From contig NC_058368.1 of NCBI RefSeq assembly GCF_018350175.1, positions 184,638,001-184,702,000 of the forward strand: a stretch of DNA of 64,000 nucleotides, read 5' to 3'. The notes beneath the pieces are model-generated. The model was not told the origin of the DNA. It worked only from the letters and a program-made list of their open reading frames with translations, and searched no databases. The first letter of the stretch is position 1. Each line of letters opens with the position of its first letter. Below are positions 50,825 through 62,243 of the stretch, piece after piece. The position numbers and the translations under genes were made by a program. This stretch comes from Felis catus. Taxonomy: Eukaryota.

Positions 50825-51584
50825 AATCCTTAAATCTTGCTCAGAAGGCAAGCTGACAATGACACTGAGTGGGAAGATGGAATCCTACATCCACTTGTGG
50901 CAGGACCCACTGCAATCTGCTGATCAAACTGATTCCATATGGCACCCAAAAATGAAAGAGGCTTTCATTTCTCATTTTATAAGCTGAAAGTGATATCACA
51001 ATGAGGAATTCTATTTCAAACTCCCAGCTATCTAAATGACAAACCCTATACCATTTGCTCATCGGCACAAGAGAAAAAATGGAAGTAGGTTTAGTTCCCT
51101 GAACAAGGAGAATAGCAGCCTTGGAGGATCCTTAAAAAAACAAACAAAAAAAAAAAACAACAAGCCCATATACCCTAAGTAACTCTCTTTAAATCTGAAA
51201 CTTCCACAAAGGATCCATTACTGATAGGAGTGTGCACTGAAATGGATTAAGACTTACCTGTCCTCAAAGAAAGAAACATTAGACAACTAATTCAATAGAA
51301 AGGATTAGTTTACCTCTTGAACCAATTAAAGCCACTGTCACCTAAAAGAGTAAGATGACCCGAAAAAATGTACCACAAGGCTGGCAGGTTTCCTTTGAGA
51401 GGAAAAAGGGCAACATGTGGAAAATCGCAATCAAAGAATACAATCACAGAACACACTGGTAGAGTCCACCAATAACAGACACGATGGGCATTCACTAATT
51501 TTTTTCCACATCTTTTACCAAATATGCAAAATTTTCAAGGTCCTGTATTCCTATGAAGTGGGAAGAGAACGGAATGTAGCAGTG

Positions 51585-51762
51585 GATGAACACCACTTAA
51601 GTGCCCGCAGCTTTGCATGCATTATCTTATTTCTCCCATTACAGCCCTGTGAGGTAGGTCGTGGTCTTCATTCTACGAGAGAGGAAACAGACACAAACAG
51701 CAGTAAGCACGTTGCTCAAGATCACACACCTACAAAGTGGCAGAAGCAGCATCTAAACTTCT
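51585..51762 (-). mobile_element. MIR SINE
   Basis: acagccctgtgaggtagg...cattctacgagagaggaaacagac...ttgctcaagatcacac...aagtggcaga. Confidence 0.8.
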
Positions 51763-52164
51763 GCCGACACAAATTCCCATGCAAGTTCCTGCAGAAGAAA
51801 TAAAGACATCCTCTGTCTTTCTCCCTGGTTCAGGGATGGGTTTCTGGAGTGCAGATGATGTCGCAGTTAAAGGCCACTGTAATAAATATGTCTGTGACAG
51901 TGCTATAAGGAAGGGAGCATAGAGCACATTAGAAGTTGAGAAATAAGGGAAGATCTGCGCAATGAAATTTAAGTTGGGCCCATGGCAAACTGTGTGACAT
52001 GTGGCTCAAGAAGCACTGCAGAAGAAACTGTGTAAACAAATGAACAGAAATGAAATACTTTAATGGACGTTTGGGACACAACACACAATCAATTTTGGCT
52101 TCAGAATAGGCTACAGATAAGCAATGTGCTTGATTTACAAAGCAAAGGGACAGATTTGCAGCAT

Positions 52165-52365
52165 GAGCTCTGGAGTTAGCTGTGTGAACTTGTACAAATT
52201 ATTTAAGTCCTCTAAACCTCTGTGTCCTCATCTATAAAATAAGGATAATGGTACAAATCTCTAGATTTGTCTCAAAAGATTAAATGATATGACACATGTC
52301 AAGCTCTTAAGATGGGGCAAGGCACATAACAAGTGCATTAACTGTCAATAGCTATTGTTATTATG
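52165..52365 (+). mobile_element. MIR SINE
   Basis: tagctgtgtgaacttgtacaaattatttaagtcctctaaacctctgtgtcctcatctataaaataagga. Confidence 0.85.
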
Positions 52366-53074
52366 TGGGGAGATACTGCGGGACAAGACTGAAAAAGAAG
52401 GTTCAGACAACACTGAAGACTGGTGTGAATGCCACTGAGAAGAGTTCACATAATGTACTCATGGCAACAGAGAGGTAATACTGAAAGTTTGTGAGTCAAG
52501 GGATTTTCTGAGAAGAGCTGATTTCAGAAAAAATATATTGGTGGTATCCAGGACGGACTAGAAAAAAAAGAGACTAGCATTAGTGAATGAATTGAGACAA
52601 AAGTCCAAATAAGCAAAGGTACAGGAAGATACCAACAACCCAAAACTAGCATCTAAAGTGCCAGAATGGAACTAAATATAAACAAAGACAAGAACGATAT
52701 TCTGTAATTACATACAGAACTAGCCTTCACATCCTACTATAGAGGCCATCTATGGTTATTGAGGCAAATATTAACTGATCACATAAAGTTAGTGCATCTG
52801 TGCTAGTAGGAGATGCAGTAATGAGATCCTATGGCACTAAATGACTACGTAATTCTACAAATCTTAACTGAGTTTATCCAGTTTTTTTCTGCTTTGAAAT
52901 AGATGTTTGGGATACAGTATTGAATATTACCTTATATTATTCACATCCTCAATGCACTCAGAGTCTAGTATGTGATCTAATGGAACATACATCAGTTGTA
53001 TCAATAGGTAGTGAATGGAAGAATCACGCTTGATCATATCAGTGGCATTTCTATGGTCAAACAGACCAGAAATA

Positions 53075-53222
53075 CTCTCAGCCTAAACACTTACCAAATT
53101 TGTGACTTGGATGAATTACTTGTATTCCCAGACTCAGTTTTCCTTATCTAGAAATAGGAATATTGAGAGTTAAAGCTTGACATAATCATGGTGAGGATTA
53201 AATGAGAGCATGTATTTGAAGA
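53075..53222 (+). mobile_element. MIR SINE fragment
   Basis: tgtgacttggatgaattactt...ctcagttttccttatctagaaatagg...tggtgaggattaaatgaga. Confidence 0.8.
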
Positions 53223-53278
53223 CGGTCAAGACTGGTATTATATGATCTAAAATACAAATTAAGAATATTTAATGTGTT

Positions 53279-53488
53279 GGGGTACCTGAATGGCTCAGTT
53301 GGTTAAACGCCCAACTTTGGCTCAGGTCATGATCTCAATCCTTGTGGGTTCGAGCCCCGTGTTGGGCTCTGGGCTGAATCAGGCTCAGAACCTGGAGCCT
53401 GCTTTGGATTCTTTGTCTCCCTCTCTTTCTCTGCCCCTCCCTGACTCAACACTCTGTCTCTCAAAAATGAATAATTATTTTTTTAAAA
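53279..53488 (+). mobile_element. CanSINE
   Basis: Perfect 18-bp TSD aagaatatttaatgtgtt (53261-53278, 53489-53506). Confidence 0.96.
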
Positions 53489-54550
53489 AAGAATATTTAA
53501 TGTGTTTAAGGAACTGAAAAAAGGGAATTAGAGGCACAGAGGAAAAGAGACTATCAAGACTTTTAAAAAAGAATCAAAGAGAAGCGTCAGAGATAGAAAA
53601 TAACAGTAAAATTTTAAATATACTGGATCAGTTAAACAGACCTCTGAAGAGGTGGTTAATGAACCGAAAGGCAGAACTGAAGAACTAACTCAGAATGAAG
53701 CACACAAAGAGAAACAAAATAAAAACCAAGTTAAAAGAGAGGAGATAAGGTGTAAATTCTAACACAAATTTGATATTCCAGAAATGATGGGAAAAATAGA
53801 GGGAAGAAAACATTTAGATGAAAACATTTAAGATTGCTTTAGGACAACAGTACTTTGGTTTCAGAAACACAACAAAGACTGCTAAAGAAAAGTCTAAAAT
53901 CCAAGAAGAAACATTAAAAAAAAAAAAAAGTGAGGTAGCTACAGATAAAAATTTAAGAGGTAGTGATAATGATGATGCTATCATCTACTTCTGTGGTCAG
54001 TAAAACAACACAGAAATAAAATATTTGATAAATAATACATTAATTGAGGGTGGGCAGTATATGCTGTATCTTTACTCCTTGTAATATTTGACAAAAGACA
54101 GACCTATTTGTTAAGTGAAATTGCAGAAATAAATCCAACCTCTTGATATTCATAATAAATGCAAATGAACTATGATAAAGAGAAACAAAAAGAGTAAAGT
54201 TGGTTACACTAAGTAACTATAAAACCAAATAAACTAAGGGAAACAAATCTGTATCAGATAATACATATCTTAAGGGGGAAAAAATATAAGAGACAAAAAG
54301 GATTATTATAAATAGGTTAAAAAAGTAAAAGACCAAAACAAGAGAAAAGTCAAATAAAAAAGAAGGAAGAAAAAAATAATAAAGATAAGGACAGAAATCA
54401 ATGAGACAGAGATGATTGGTAAAATGAAAAGTTAGTAAGTTAATAAAGTTCCAGAAAGACAAATCAAGAAAAAGAATTAAAATTTTATAAATCAGAATTA
54501 AAGTGGGTAAATTATTACAATATGACACTATTTAAATTTTTTTACATGCT

Positions 54551-54672
54551 GGGCCATATGGGTGGCTCAGTCAGTTAACTTCTGACTTGATTTTGAATCA
54601 GGTCAGGATCTCAAAGTCGTGGGTTCAAGCCCCACATCAGGCTCTGTGCTAAGCATGGAGACTGCTTAAGAT

Positions 54673-54721
<49 letters not shown>

Positions 54722-54785
54722 CCCTCCCCTGCTTGTGTGCCCACTCCTTGTATGTAAAAAAAAAATTTTTTTTTAATTAAATAAA
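54551..54785 (+). mobile_element. Older CanSINE with long (CT)n
   Basis: ggtggctcagtcagttaa...gggttcaagccccacatcaggctctgtgct. Confidence 0.9.
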
Positions 54786-54793
54786 AATGTTTA

Positions 54794-54998
54794 GGGGCAC
54801 CTGGGTGGCTCATTCAGTTGAATGTCCAACTTTGGAACAGGTCATGATCTCACAACTTGTGAGTTTGAGCCCCACATTGGGTTCGCTGCTGTCACTCTAG
54901 AACCTACTTCAGATCCTCTGTTCTCCTCTCTCTCTGCCCCTCCCCACTCATTCACTCTCCCTCTCTCTCTCTCTTAAAAATGAATAAACAATTTTTAA
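54794..54998 (+). mobile_element. CanSINE inserted at the tail of the previous SINE
   Basis: ggggcacctgggtggctca head; TSD aatgttta. Confidence 0.93.
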
Positions 54999-55147
54999 GA
55001 ATGTTTAAAAGCTATGGAAAACTAAAGGTAACAAATTAAAACCTAGATAAAAAGAGTATGCTTTGGGAAATATATAAAATGTCAAAATAGGAAAGTGGAA
55101 CAGGCCAATAGCCATCAAATAACTTAAAAGTGGTAATTACAGCAGTT

Positions 55148-55262
55148 GTTTTTTGTTTTGTTTTGTTTTTTTAAGTAGGCCCCATGCCCAACGTGGGACT
55201 TGGATTCATGACCCTGAGATCAAGAGTTGCATGTTCTACTGACTGAGCCAGCCAGGCACCTC
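55148..55262 (-). mobile_element. Short tRNA-Lys-like CanSINE (no CT tract)
   Basis: Minus strand ggtgcctggctggctcagtcagtagaacatgcaactcttgatctcagggtcatg...cccacgttgggc followed by an A-rich tail. Confidence 0.85.
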
Positions 55263-55450
55263 ATGGCAGTTTATTTTAAGTTAAGCTAAAAATGACATGT
55301 TAAGCTAGAAATAAGATTCCCAGAATCCTCTTCCTTGAATAGTTGAGTTAAAGCCGGCCAAAAGAGAAATGTGTAAAAGATTTGGAAGGCAGAAATGAAG
55401 CAGCTGCCATTACTCTCTGAAGGTTGTCATAGTCAGTTGTGGTGACAGAC

Positions 55451-55659
55451 TAGTGGTATGCTGGAACCAGCCTGTGCCAGTTCACAGGAGCTGATTATGC
55501 ATATTTCTTCACAACTTCAAATTTGAAGACTTCATATTGGTAGCTTTAAATCAAACATGGTGGCAATATTTACACCACTGAAATTGGCAAACACTTAAAT
55601 CAGTAAGCTCCCCGCTCCCCTGCTCCAGCCTGTTGTTAAATATTTTCAGCACAACACTG
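55451..55659 (+). mobile_element. MER63A-like hAT-Blackjack MITE
   Basis: TIRs tagtggtatgctgg / cagcacaacactg; 8-bp TSD tgacagac / taacagat; internal catggtggcaatatttacaccactgaaattggcaaac. Confidence 0.85.
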
Positions 55660-55753
55660 TAACAGATAGGAAAGTGTCAATGGGTTCCCTGCTAATTAAC
55701 AGTAACCATTATCAGATGCTTTGAAAGCAATGATGATCTTATTCAAGAAATTC

Positions 55754-56122
55754 CTAAGCGAATATCAGTCAGAGAAAGAAAAATATCATATGATTTCATT
55801 CATATGTGGAATTTAAGAAACAGAGCACATGAATACAGGGGAAGGGGAGGAAAAGTAAGAATAAAACAGAGACCGAGGCAAACCATAAAAGACTCTTAAA
55901 CACAGAGAACAAACTGAGGGCTGCTAGAGGGGTGTTAGGTGGTGGGGGGGATGGGTTAAATGGGTGATAGGTATTAAGGAGGGTACTTGTTGGGAGCACT
56001 GGGTGTTAATATGTAAGTGATGAATCATTAAATTCTACTCCTGAAACCATTATTACACTACATGTAAACTAACTTGGATTCCAGTTTTTAAAAATTAAGT
56101 TTAAAATTAAAAAAAAAAAAAA
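55754..56122 (+). mobile_element. 5'-truncated carnivore L1 (L1_Carn-like) 3' end
   Basis: agtcagagaaag..aaatatcatatgatttca...gagaacaaactgaggg...aattctactcctgaaacc, poly(A), TSD-like aattccta / agtccta. Confidence 0.9.
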
Positions 56123-56129
56123 GAGTCCT

Positions 56130-56620
56130 AGCTGCTCTAAATTCTTGCCAACACTTGATACTGTCCTTTTTTACTATTAGCCGTTTTAATGAAAGAGTAT
56201 CTTATGCATTTAAATTTACATTACCTGATGACAAATGTTGAAAACCTTTATGTATTTACTATTTGTGTACTTTCATTTGTGAAGTATATGTTCAAAGTTT
56301 TCATTCATTTTATTGATTTTGAAGCTGTATTTTTCTAATTCAAATGTTAAAAACTATAAATCCTACTAAGCTACTAAATACTTCAGTTGAATCTTACTGA
56401 ATATCACCACTGCAAATTTTGTATGTTGTCATTTTCATTTCATTTCAATTATTTCTAATTTACTGCAAAATTATTCTACTACTCATGATTATACAGAAGA
56501 GTGTTGTTTATGTTCCAAATATTTGAAGATTGGTAGGAAATTTTTGGCTATTTATTTTTAATTTTATTTTATTGTTACAGAGAACATAGTATGGCATAAA
56601 TCATATTAAATTTATTGAGA
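56130..56620 (-). mobile_element. Old L1M fragments, antisense
   Basis: attcttgccaacacttgata...ttacctgatgac..atgttga...tgtgaagtatatgttcaa; caaattttgtatgttgtcattttcatt. Confidence 0.6.
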
Positions 56621-56669
56621 CACAAAAAAATAAACAAATATTTTTTTTAATTCAAAAAAAATCCAGAAA

Positions 56670-56826
56670 GTAAATACACAGTAGTGTGATTATGGGATCT
56701 TAGAGTAGTTCTATTTTTAAGTTTCTGAGGAACCTCCATACTGTTTTCCACAGTGGCTGAAACTAACAGAACAATATGCTAACTATACTGGAATTAAAAT
56801 TAAGAACTTACTAATAAAAAAAAAAA
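56670..56826 (+). mobile_element. Tiny 5'-inverted (twin-primed) carnivore L1
   Basis: Antisense ORF2-end piece 56670-56759 (tgaggaacctccatactgttttccacagtggctg) joined to the sense terminal piece ctgaaactaac...aactatactggaattaaaat and poly(A). Confidence 0.75.
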
Positions 56827-56828
56827 GA

Positions 56829-57050
56829 GGGGCATCTGGGTGGCTCAGTCAGTTAAGTGACTTGATTTCAGCTCAAGTCCTGATCTCACAGTTCATGAGT
56901 CTGAGCCCTGCATTAGGCTCTGTGCTGACAGTACAGAGCCTGCTTAGGATTCTCTCTCTCCCTCTCTCTCTCTGCCCCTTCCCCACTTGTGTTCATGCTC
57001 TCTCTCTCACTCTCTCCCTCTCTCTCTCTCAAAAATAAATGGACTTAAAA
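56829..57050 (+). mobile_element. CanSINE in the poly(A) of the inverted L1
   Basis: ggggcatctgggtggctcag head, (CT)n, A tail. Confidence 0.93.
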
Positions 57051-58430
57051 AGAAAGTCTAGAAAGTATAAAAAGAATGTAAACTCACTGCTTATGCTGCA
57101 AAGCCAAGTATTAACCTAAAACCCAATCTGGACACAAGAAATGACATTATAGGATCATTTCAACATATAAACTAAATAAGATATAAACTATTCTAACTCT
57201 ATATTAAAATGTCTACATCATAACCTAACAGGGTTTATCCCAGGAATATAGCAAATGTAACATCAAAACATCTAATCACCATAATGTACCACATTAATGG
57301 ACTAAGACAGAAAAAAAGACCTGATCCCTTCAAAAGATGCAGTAGAGGCATTACACAAACCTTAATAGTTTGTAGGGGATTATTATTTAAAAAATAAAAA
57401 TAAAAACTTAGAAATAAGAGACAGAAGAGGCCTTTCTTAACTTGATAGATTCTGCCCAAATTCCACAGCAAATACATAATCAATGGCACAAGGTTAGACA
57501 TTATTCCCTATAATATCACAAACAATGCCACTCTTAAATCTATAGTAGATGCCATAAACCATAAGAAAGTCATAAGCCAATGCCATAAGCCAAAGAAAAG
57601 AAATAGAAGGATGAGGATTTTAAAGAAAAAAATCAAACTGTTAATTTTACAAACAATATTATCTCTTGCATAGCCAACCCAAGAAAATCAACAAAATACT
57701 TTCATTAATAAGAGCTGAAAAAGGATTGCAAATAAAATATTAACATGAAAATACATAGATTTGTCTGTAATAATAACTAAATAATATAAAACAAGATACT
57801 AGTGACACCCCTTACAAAGTACCTATAAAATATCTAGGAATCACCCTAAAGTAAAAGACCATTTTCAGGAAAAAATAATAACTATTAAAAATGTTTAAAA
57901 CTGATTAAAAAGTCATATTATGTGCATGTATGAAACAATCAAATAGTTAAAAGATACCAATTGTCCCCTAGACTACTATACAAATTTCATGTCAATCCAA
58001 AAAATATTATGAGTAAAATTGAATGCAATTTGATAGGTACTTTCTATAATTTATAATGAAAAACACTGAATCATAAGTAGGTAGGACAATTTAGAAATAT
58101 AAGAAAAAAATGGGGGGCTTACTCTGGCAAATATTATAAACCCAAAGAGATGAAGATAAATATAAAGATTAGATAGACAATAATTAATGAGTGCAAGAAC
58201 AGACAATTAGGACAGTGGAAAAGAATAGAGGAGCTTTGTTTGTAATAAACATCATAAATCAATAAGTTTAGAATGCATTCTAGGGTAAATTGTGTGGGAC
58301 AGTGTTGAGGAACAGAAGGAAAAAAACAGTAATACAAAAATATAAAGCTAAAGAAAAAAGATATAGGAGAAGATCTTTAGGAACTTAGGGATAGAGAAGG
58401 AAATCATTTTTTTTAAATAGTCAAAATTAG

Positions 58431-58640
58431 GGGGCACCTGGTGGTTCAGTCAGTTAAGTGTCCAGCTCTTGGTTTTGACTCAGGTCATGATCTCATGGTT
58501 TGTGAGTTCCAGCCCCACATTGGGCTCCATGCTGACATGGTACAGCCTGTTTGATGTTCTCTCTCTCCCTCTTTCTCTGCCCCTCCCCCGCTCACTCTGT
58601 CTCTTTCTCAAAAATAAACAATAAACTTTTAAAAATAATA
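58431..58640 (+). mobile_element. CanSINE (first of a tandem pair)
   Basis: ggggcacctggtggttcagtcagttaag head, (CT)n, A tail. Confidence 0.92.
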
Positions 58641-58655
58641 AAAGAGTCAAAAATA

Positions 58656-58866
58656 GGGGTGTCTAGATGGCTCTGTTAAGTATCTGACTTCGGCCCAGGT
58701 CATGACTTCACTGTTCGTGGGTTCGAGCCCCGCTTTGGGCTCTGTGCTGACAGCTCAGAGCCTGGAAGCTGCTTTGGATTCTGTGTCTCCCTGTCTCTCT
58801 GTGCCTCCCCTGCTCAGGCTCTCTACTCTCTCTCTCAAAAATGAATAAAACATTTAAAAAAATTTT
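58656..58866 (+). mobile_element. CanSINE (second of a tandem pair)
   Basis: ggggtgtctagatggctc head, gggttcgagcccc B box, gacagctcagagcctgga. Confidence 0.92.
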
Positions 58867-59206
58867 AAATAGTCACAATTATATACCATAAAAAGACAGA
58901 ATAATTTTAATGCAAATTTCGTAAAATATTCCTGTTAAATGAATAATTTGACAAACTATGAATGACTGATTGAGGTAAGGCATTCACAATAATTAAGACA
59001 ATCAAAAGATTGATTGTAATAATGTATAGGGAATCCCTATAAATCATCCCCCAAAACTAGAAATCTATAAATAAAATGGGCAAAGCTATAAATAGACAAT
59101 TTATAAAAAGAAAAACCTTTAATAGATATTAAAACCTTTAATAGCTATTAATGATGTTTGACATCATTAATAATTAGAGAAATGCAAATTAAAAAGATGA
59201 GATGTC

Positions 59207-60364
59207 TCCAAAACCAGACACAGACCCACTAAAAAGGAGGACTATAGACCAATTTCCCTGATGAACATGAATGCAAAAATCCTCAACAAGATATTAGCCA
59301 ACCAGATTCAACAATACATTAAAAAAAATTATTCACTACAACCAAGTGGGATTTATACCTGGGATGCAGGGCTGGTTCAATATCCACAAAACAATTAACG
59401 TGATTCATCGCATCAATAAAAGAAAGGACAAGAACCATATGATCCTCTCAATAGACGCAGAGAAAGCATTTGACAAAATACAGCATCCTTTCTTGATAAA
59501 AACCCTCAAGAAAGTAGGGACAGAAGGAGCATACCTCGAGATCATAAAAGCCACATATGAATGACCCCACGCTAATATCATCCTCAATGGGGAAAAACTG
59601 AGAGCTTTCCCCCTAAGGTCAGGAACAAGACAGGCATGTCCACTCTCACCACTGTTATTCAACATAGTATTAGAAGTCTTAGCCTCAGCAATCAGACACA
59701 AAGAAACACAAAGAAATAAAAGGCATCCAAATCGTCCAGGAGGAGGTCAAACCTTCACTTTTTGCAGATGACATGATACTCTATACGGAAAACCCAAAAG
59801 ATTCACCAAAAAACTGCTAGAATTGATTCATGAATTCAGCAAAATTGCAGGATATAAAATCTACACACAGAAATTGGTTGCATTCCTACACACCAACAAT
59901 GAAGCAACAGAAAGAGAAATCAAGGAATCGATCCCATTTACAGTTGCACAAAAAACCATAAAATACCTAGGAATAAATCTAACCAAAAAGGTGAAAAATC
60001 TATACCCTGAAAACTATAGAAAGCTTATGAAAGAAAGTGAAGAAGAGACAAAACAGATGAACATTAGGGAAGGGAAACAAAAATAATATAAAAACAGGGA
60101 GGGAACAAAACAGAAGAGACTCATAAATAGGGAGAACAAACAGGGTTACTGGAGGGGTTGTGGGAGGGGGGATGGGCTAAATGGGTAAGGGGCATTAAGG
60201 AATCTACTCCTGAAATCATTGTTGCACTATATGCTAACTAATTTGGATGTAAGTTTTAAAAAATAAAAAATAAAATCAAAAAAAAAGAAGAAATATCTCC
60301 TTTAGATCAGCAAGCATCCTATTTTTAAAATGTGAATTTTCTTAAGAAAGAAAGAAAGAAAGAG
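59207..60364 (+). mobile_element. 5'-truncated, internally deleted felid L1 with apparent 3' transduction
   Basis: Aligns by eye with 32624-33462 and then 34949-35190 of the full-length L1; perfect 11-bp TSD gatgagatgtc (59196-59206, 60365-60375). Confidence 0.95.
59222..60046 (+). pseudogene. L1 ORF2 RT-domain fragment (pseudogene)
   Basis: [32 protein letters not shown] (out of frame), YLGINL. Confidence 0.9.
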
Positions 60365-60699
60365 GATGAGATGTCACTTTACATTAGAAAGGCAAAATTT
60401 AAAAGATCAAATAATATCAATTGGTAAAAATTCATGAACTGTTTTTGGAAGAACATTAAATATGAATACATCCTGTCACCCAAAAATTGTCCTCAAGGAG
60501 ACACTTACGGAGATAATTGTTGAAGCACTGTTTCTCATACCAAGATAGTAGAGGTCTCCAAGGTTCCCATCAGTAAATGAATAAACAAAATGTAATACAT
60601 GTGTATGATGGAAACAAAAATAACAAATATTTTTTTTAAAATTAAGGAAAAAATTAAGAGTGCATTGTATAGCATAAAACCATCTATGTCAACTAGAAA

Positions 60700-60701
<2 letters not shown>

Positions 60702-60738
<37 letters not shown>
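60702..60738. repeat. (CA)n microsatellite
   Basis: Read directly. Confidence 0.95.
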
Positions 60739-60743
<5 letters not shown>

Positions 60744-62020
60744 AGAAGCATGTGTGTTAGGGACATATTTTGAATAAACATATGAACATAAGATTTCAAA
60801 AATATATGTTAAATTCAATAAAATGGGTGCTTATAGACACAGTGGAATGATTATAAATAATGAAGATAAAGGGGGGAAATCATAAAGGAAGACAAAAGGT
60901 ATTAAGCAGTGATGAGTCTGTCATGAACTTAGTAAGATTAACTCAATTCTTGTACCTGAAGTTCATACTAAGAAAAACAAAATGGTCTATACGCCTCATC
61001 CTCAGGCACATATCCACATGTTAGAAGGGAAATGACCATCTGTGTCATGTAACTAAACGCCAATTGACAGATCCACTCCACCCAACTGATTTCCAGGTTG
61101 GACATTCTTAGGTCCAAATGATAAACTTTCACATCCAAACAGAAGGGGAGAACATTATTTCTCCCTTCTCCCCTACCCACACATGCAAAAGAAACACTGA
61201 TATTGGCTTAGGAAAAAAAAGCTTGCCACCTCTAAATAGCATGCAGTTTTTCAAATCATGATTTTATTATCTCTATATTTCTGCAAACTCCCAAATCTCC
61301 AAAGAGGAATAACTCACAGATACCACATTCATTCCAGGGATGAGCCTAAAATAGAAGTAAAATAAGGCGTAGTTTGTTTAGAGACTTTTCCTTCGAAAAC
61401 ATAAACTACTCTATGCAATTATGTCGAGAATTAAAAACTGCTACAGATGGCTTACTAAGACTATTAATACTCTAAGACCATCATATGCAATTTTGTCATT
61501 AATTGCTAAAATCCCATTGATTTTAATCTACAAAAGTAATAAATCCAACATACCATAATTGCTTGTATTTTTAAACCCTAAGAGATTAGACATTTTAAAT
61601 CTTGTCTCTGCCCTTAACTAGGGAATTTAAATATCAGAAAATAAATTTGAAGCTTCTGCTTTGGGGATGAAAACATAAATTTTGTCAGGAAAAACATAAA
61701 AATAGATGAATTCAGTTTGCACTATTTACCTCACTATAGGGTTTCCATAAAAACTGAGAGAGAAAACAAACCATTAGCACAATTTAACATCCTTGACTCA
61801 GAGCAATATCAAACATGGTTCTCAGGTCAAATAATATTGCAATCTTGCTATGCTTTAGAATACATTTTCTTAATTGTGATTATAGTTACATATATTTTAT
61901 TGTTGTACTGTCTTAAAATATTATTTTCATAAAAATATTTTCAAATATACAGACACAATAATGCAAATACCTTTTACTAGGTTTTATTTTTACAATTTAA
62001 TGCCAGTCAAACACAAAGGT

Positions 62021-62243
62021 CCTTTTTTTAATGTTTAATTATTTTGAAAGAGAGAGAGAGAGAGTATGTGTAAGGGCGGAGAGGGTCAGAGAGAAAGAGA
62101 GAGACAGAATCCCAAGCAGTCTCTGCACTGTCAACATAGCCTGACGCGGGGCTCAAACTGTGAGACCAAACAAACTGTGAGACCATGACCTGAGCCAAAA
62201 TCAAGAGTCAGACAATTAACCAACTGAGCCACCCAGGCATCCC
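62021..62243 (-). mobile_element. CanSINE with internal duplication caaactgtgagacca
   Basis: Reverse head ctgagccacccaggcatccc, (AG)n, T-rich tail at left. Confidence 0.92.

Larger units (their letters stand above)
53500..60965 (+). mobile_element. Highly degraded ancient L1M(E) acting as host for many nested insertions
   Basis: ORF1-like remnants at 53500-53900; RT-like gggtttatcccaggaat (57231), aaaatatctaggaat (57828) and agagaaatgcaaattaaa..atgagat (59176); 3' UTR remnants to about 60965. Boundaries approximate. Confidence 0.6.

Noticed and set aside
51258..51341. Minus-strand 84-nt exon with ctcttttag acceptor and perfect CAG|GTAAGT donor
   Set aside because: All three frames contain stops. 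A non-coding or UTR exon cannot be excluded but has no support here.
55148..55262. tRNA-Lys gene
   Set aside because: It is degenerate, has an A-rich tail and the SINE-type 5' end, so it is a tRNA-derived retroposon and not a functional tRNA.
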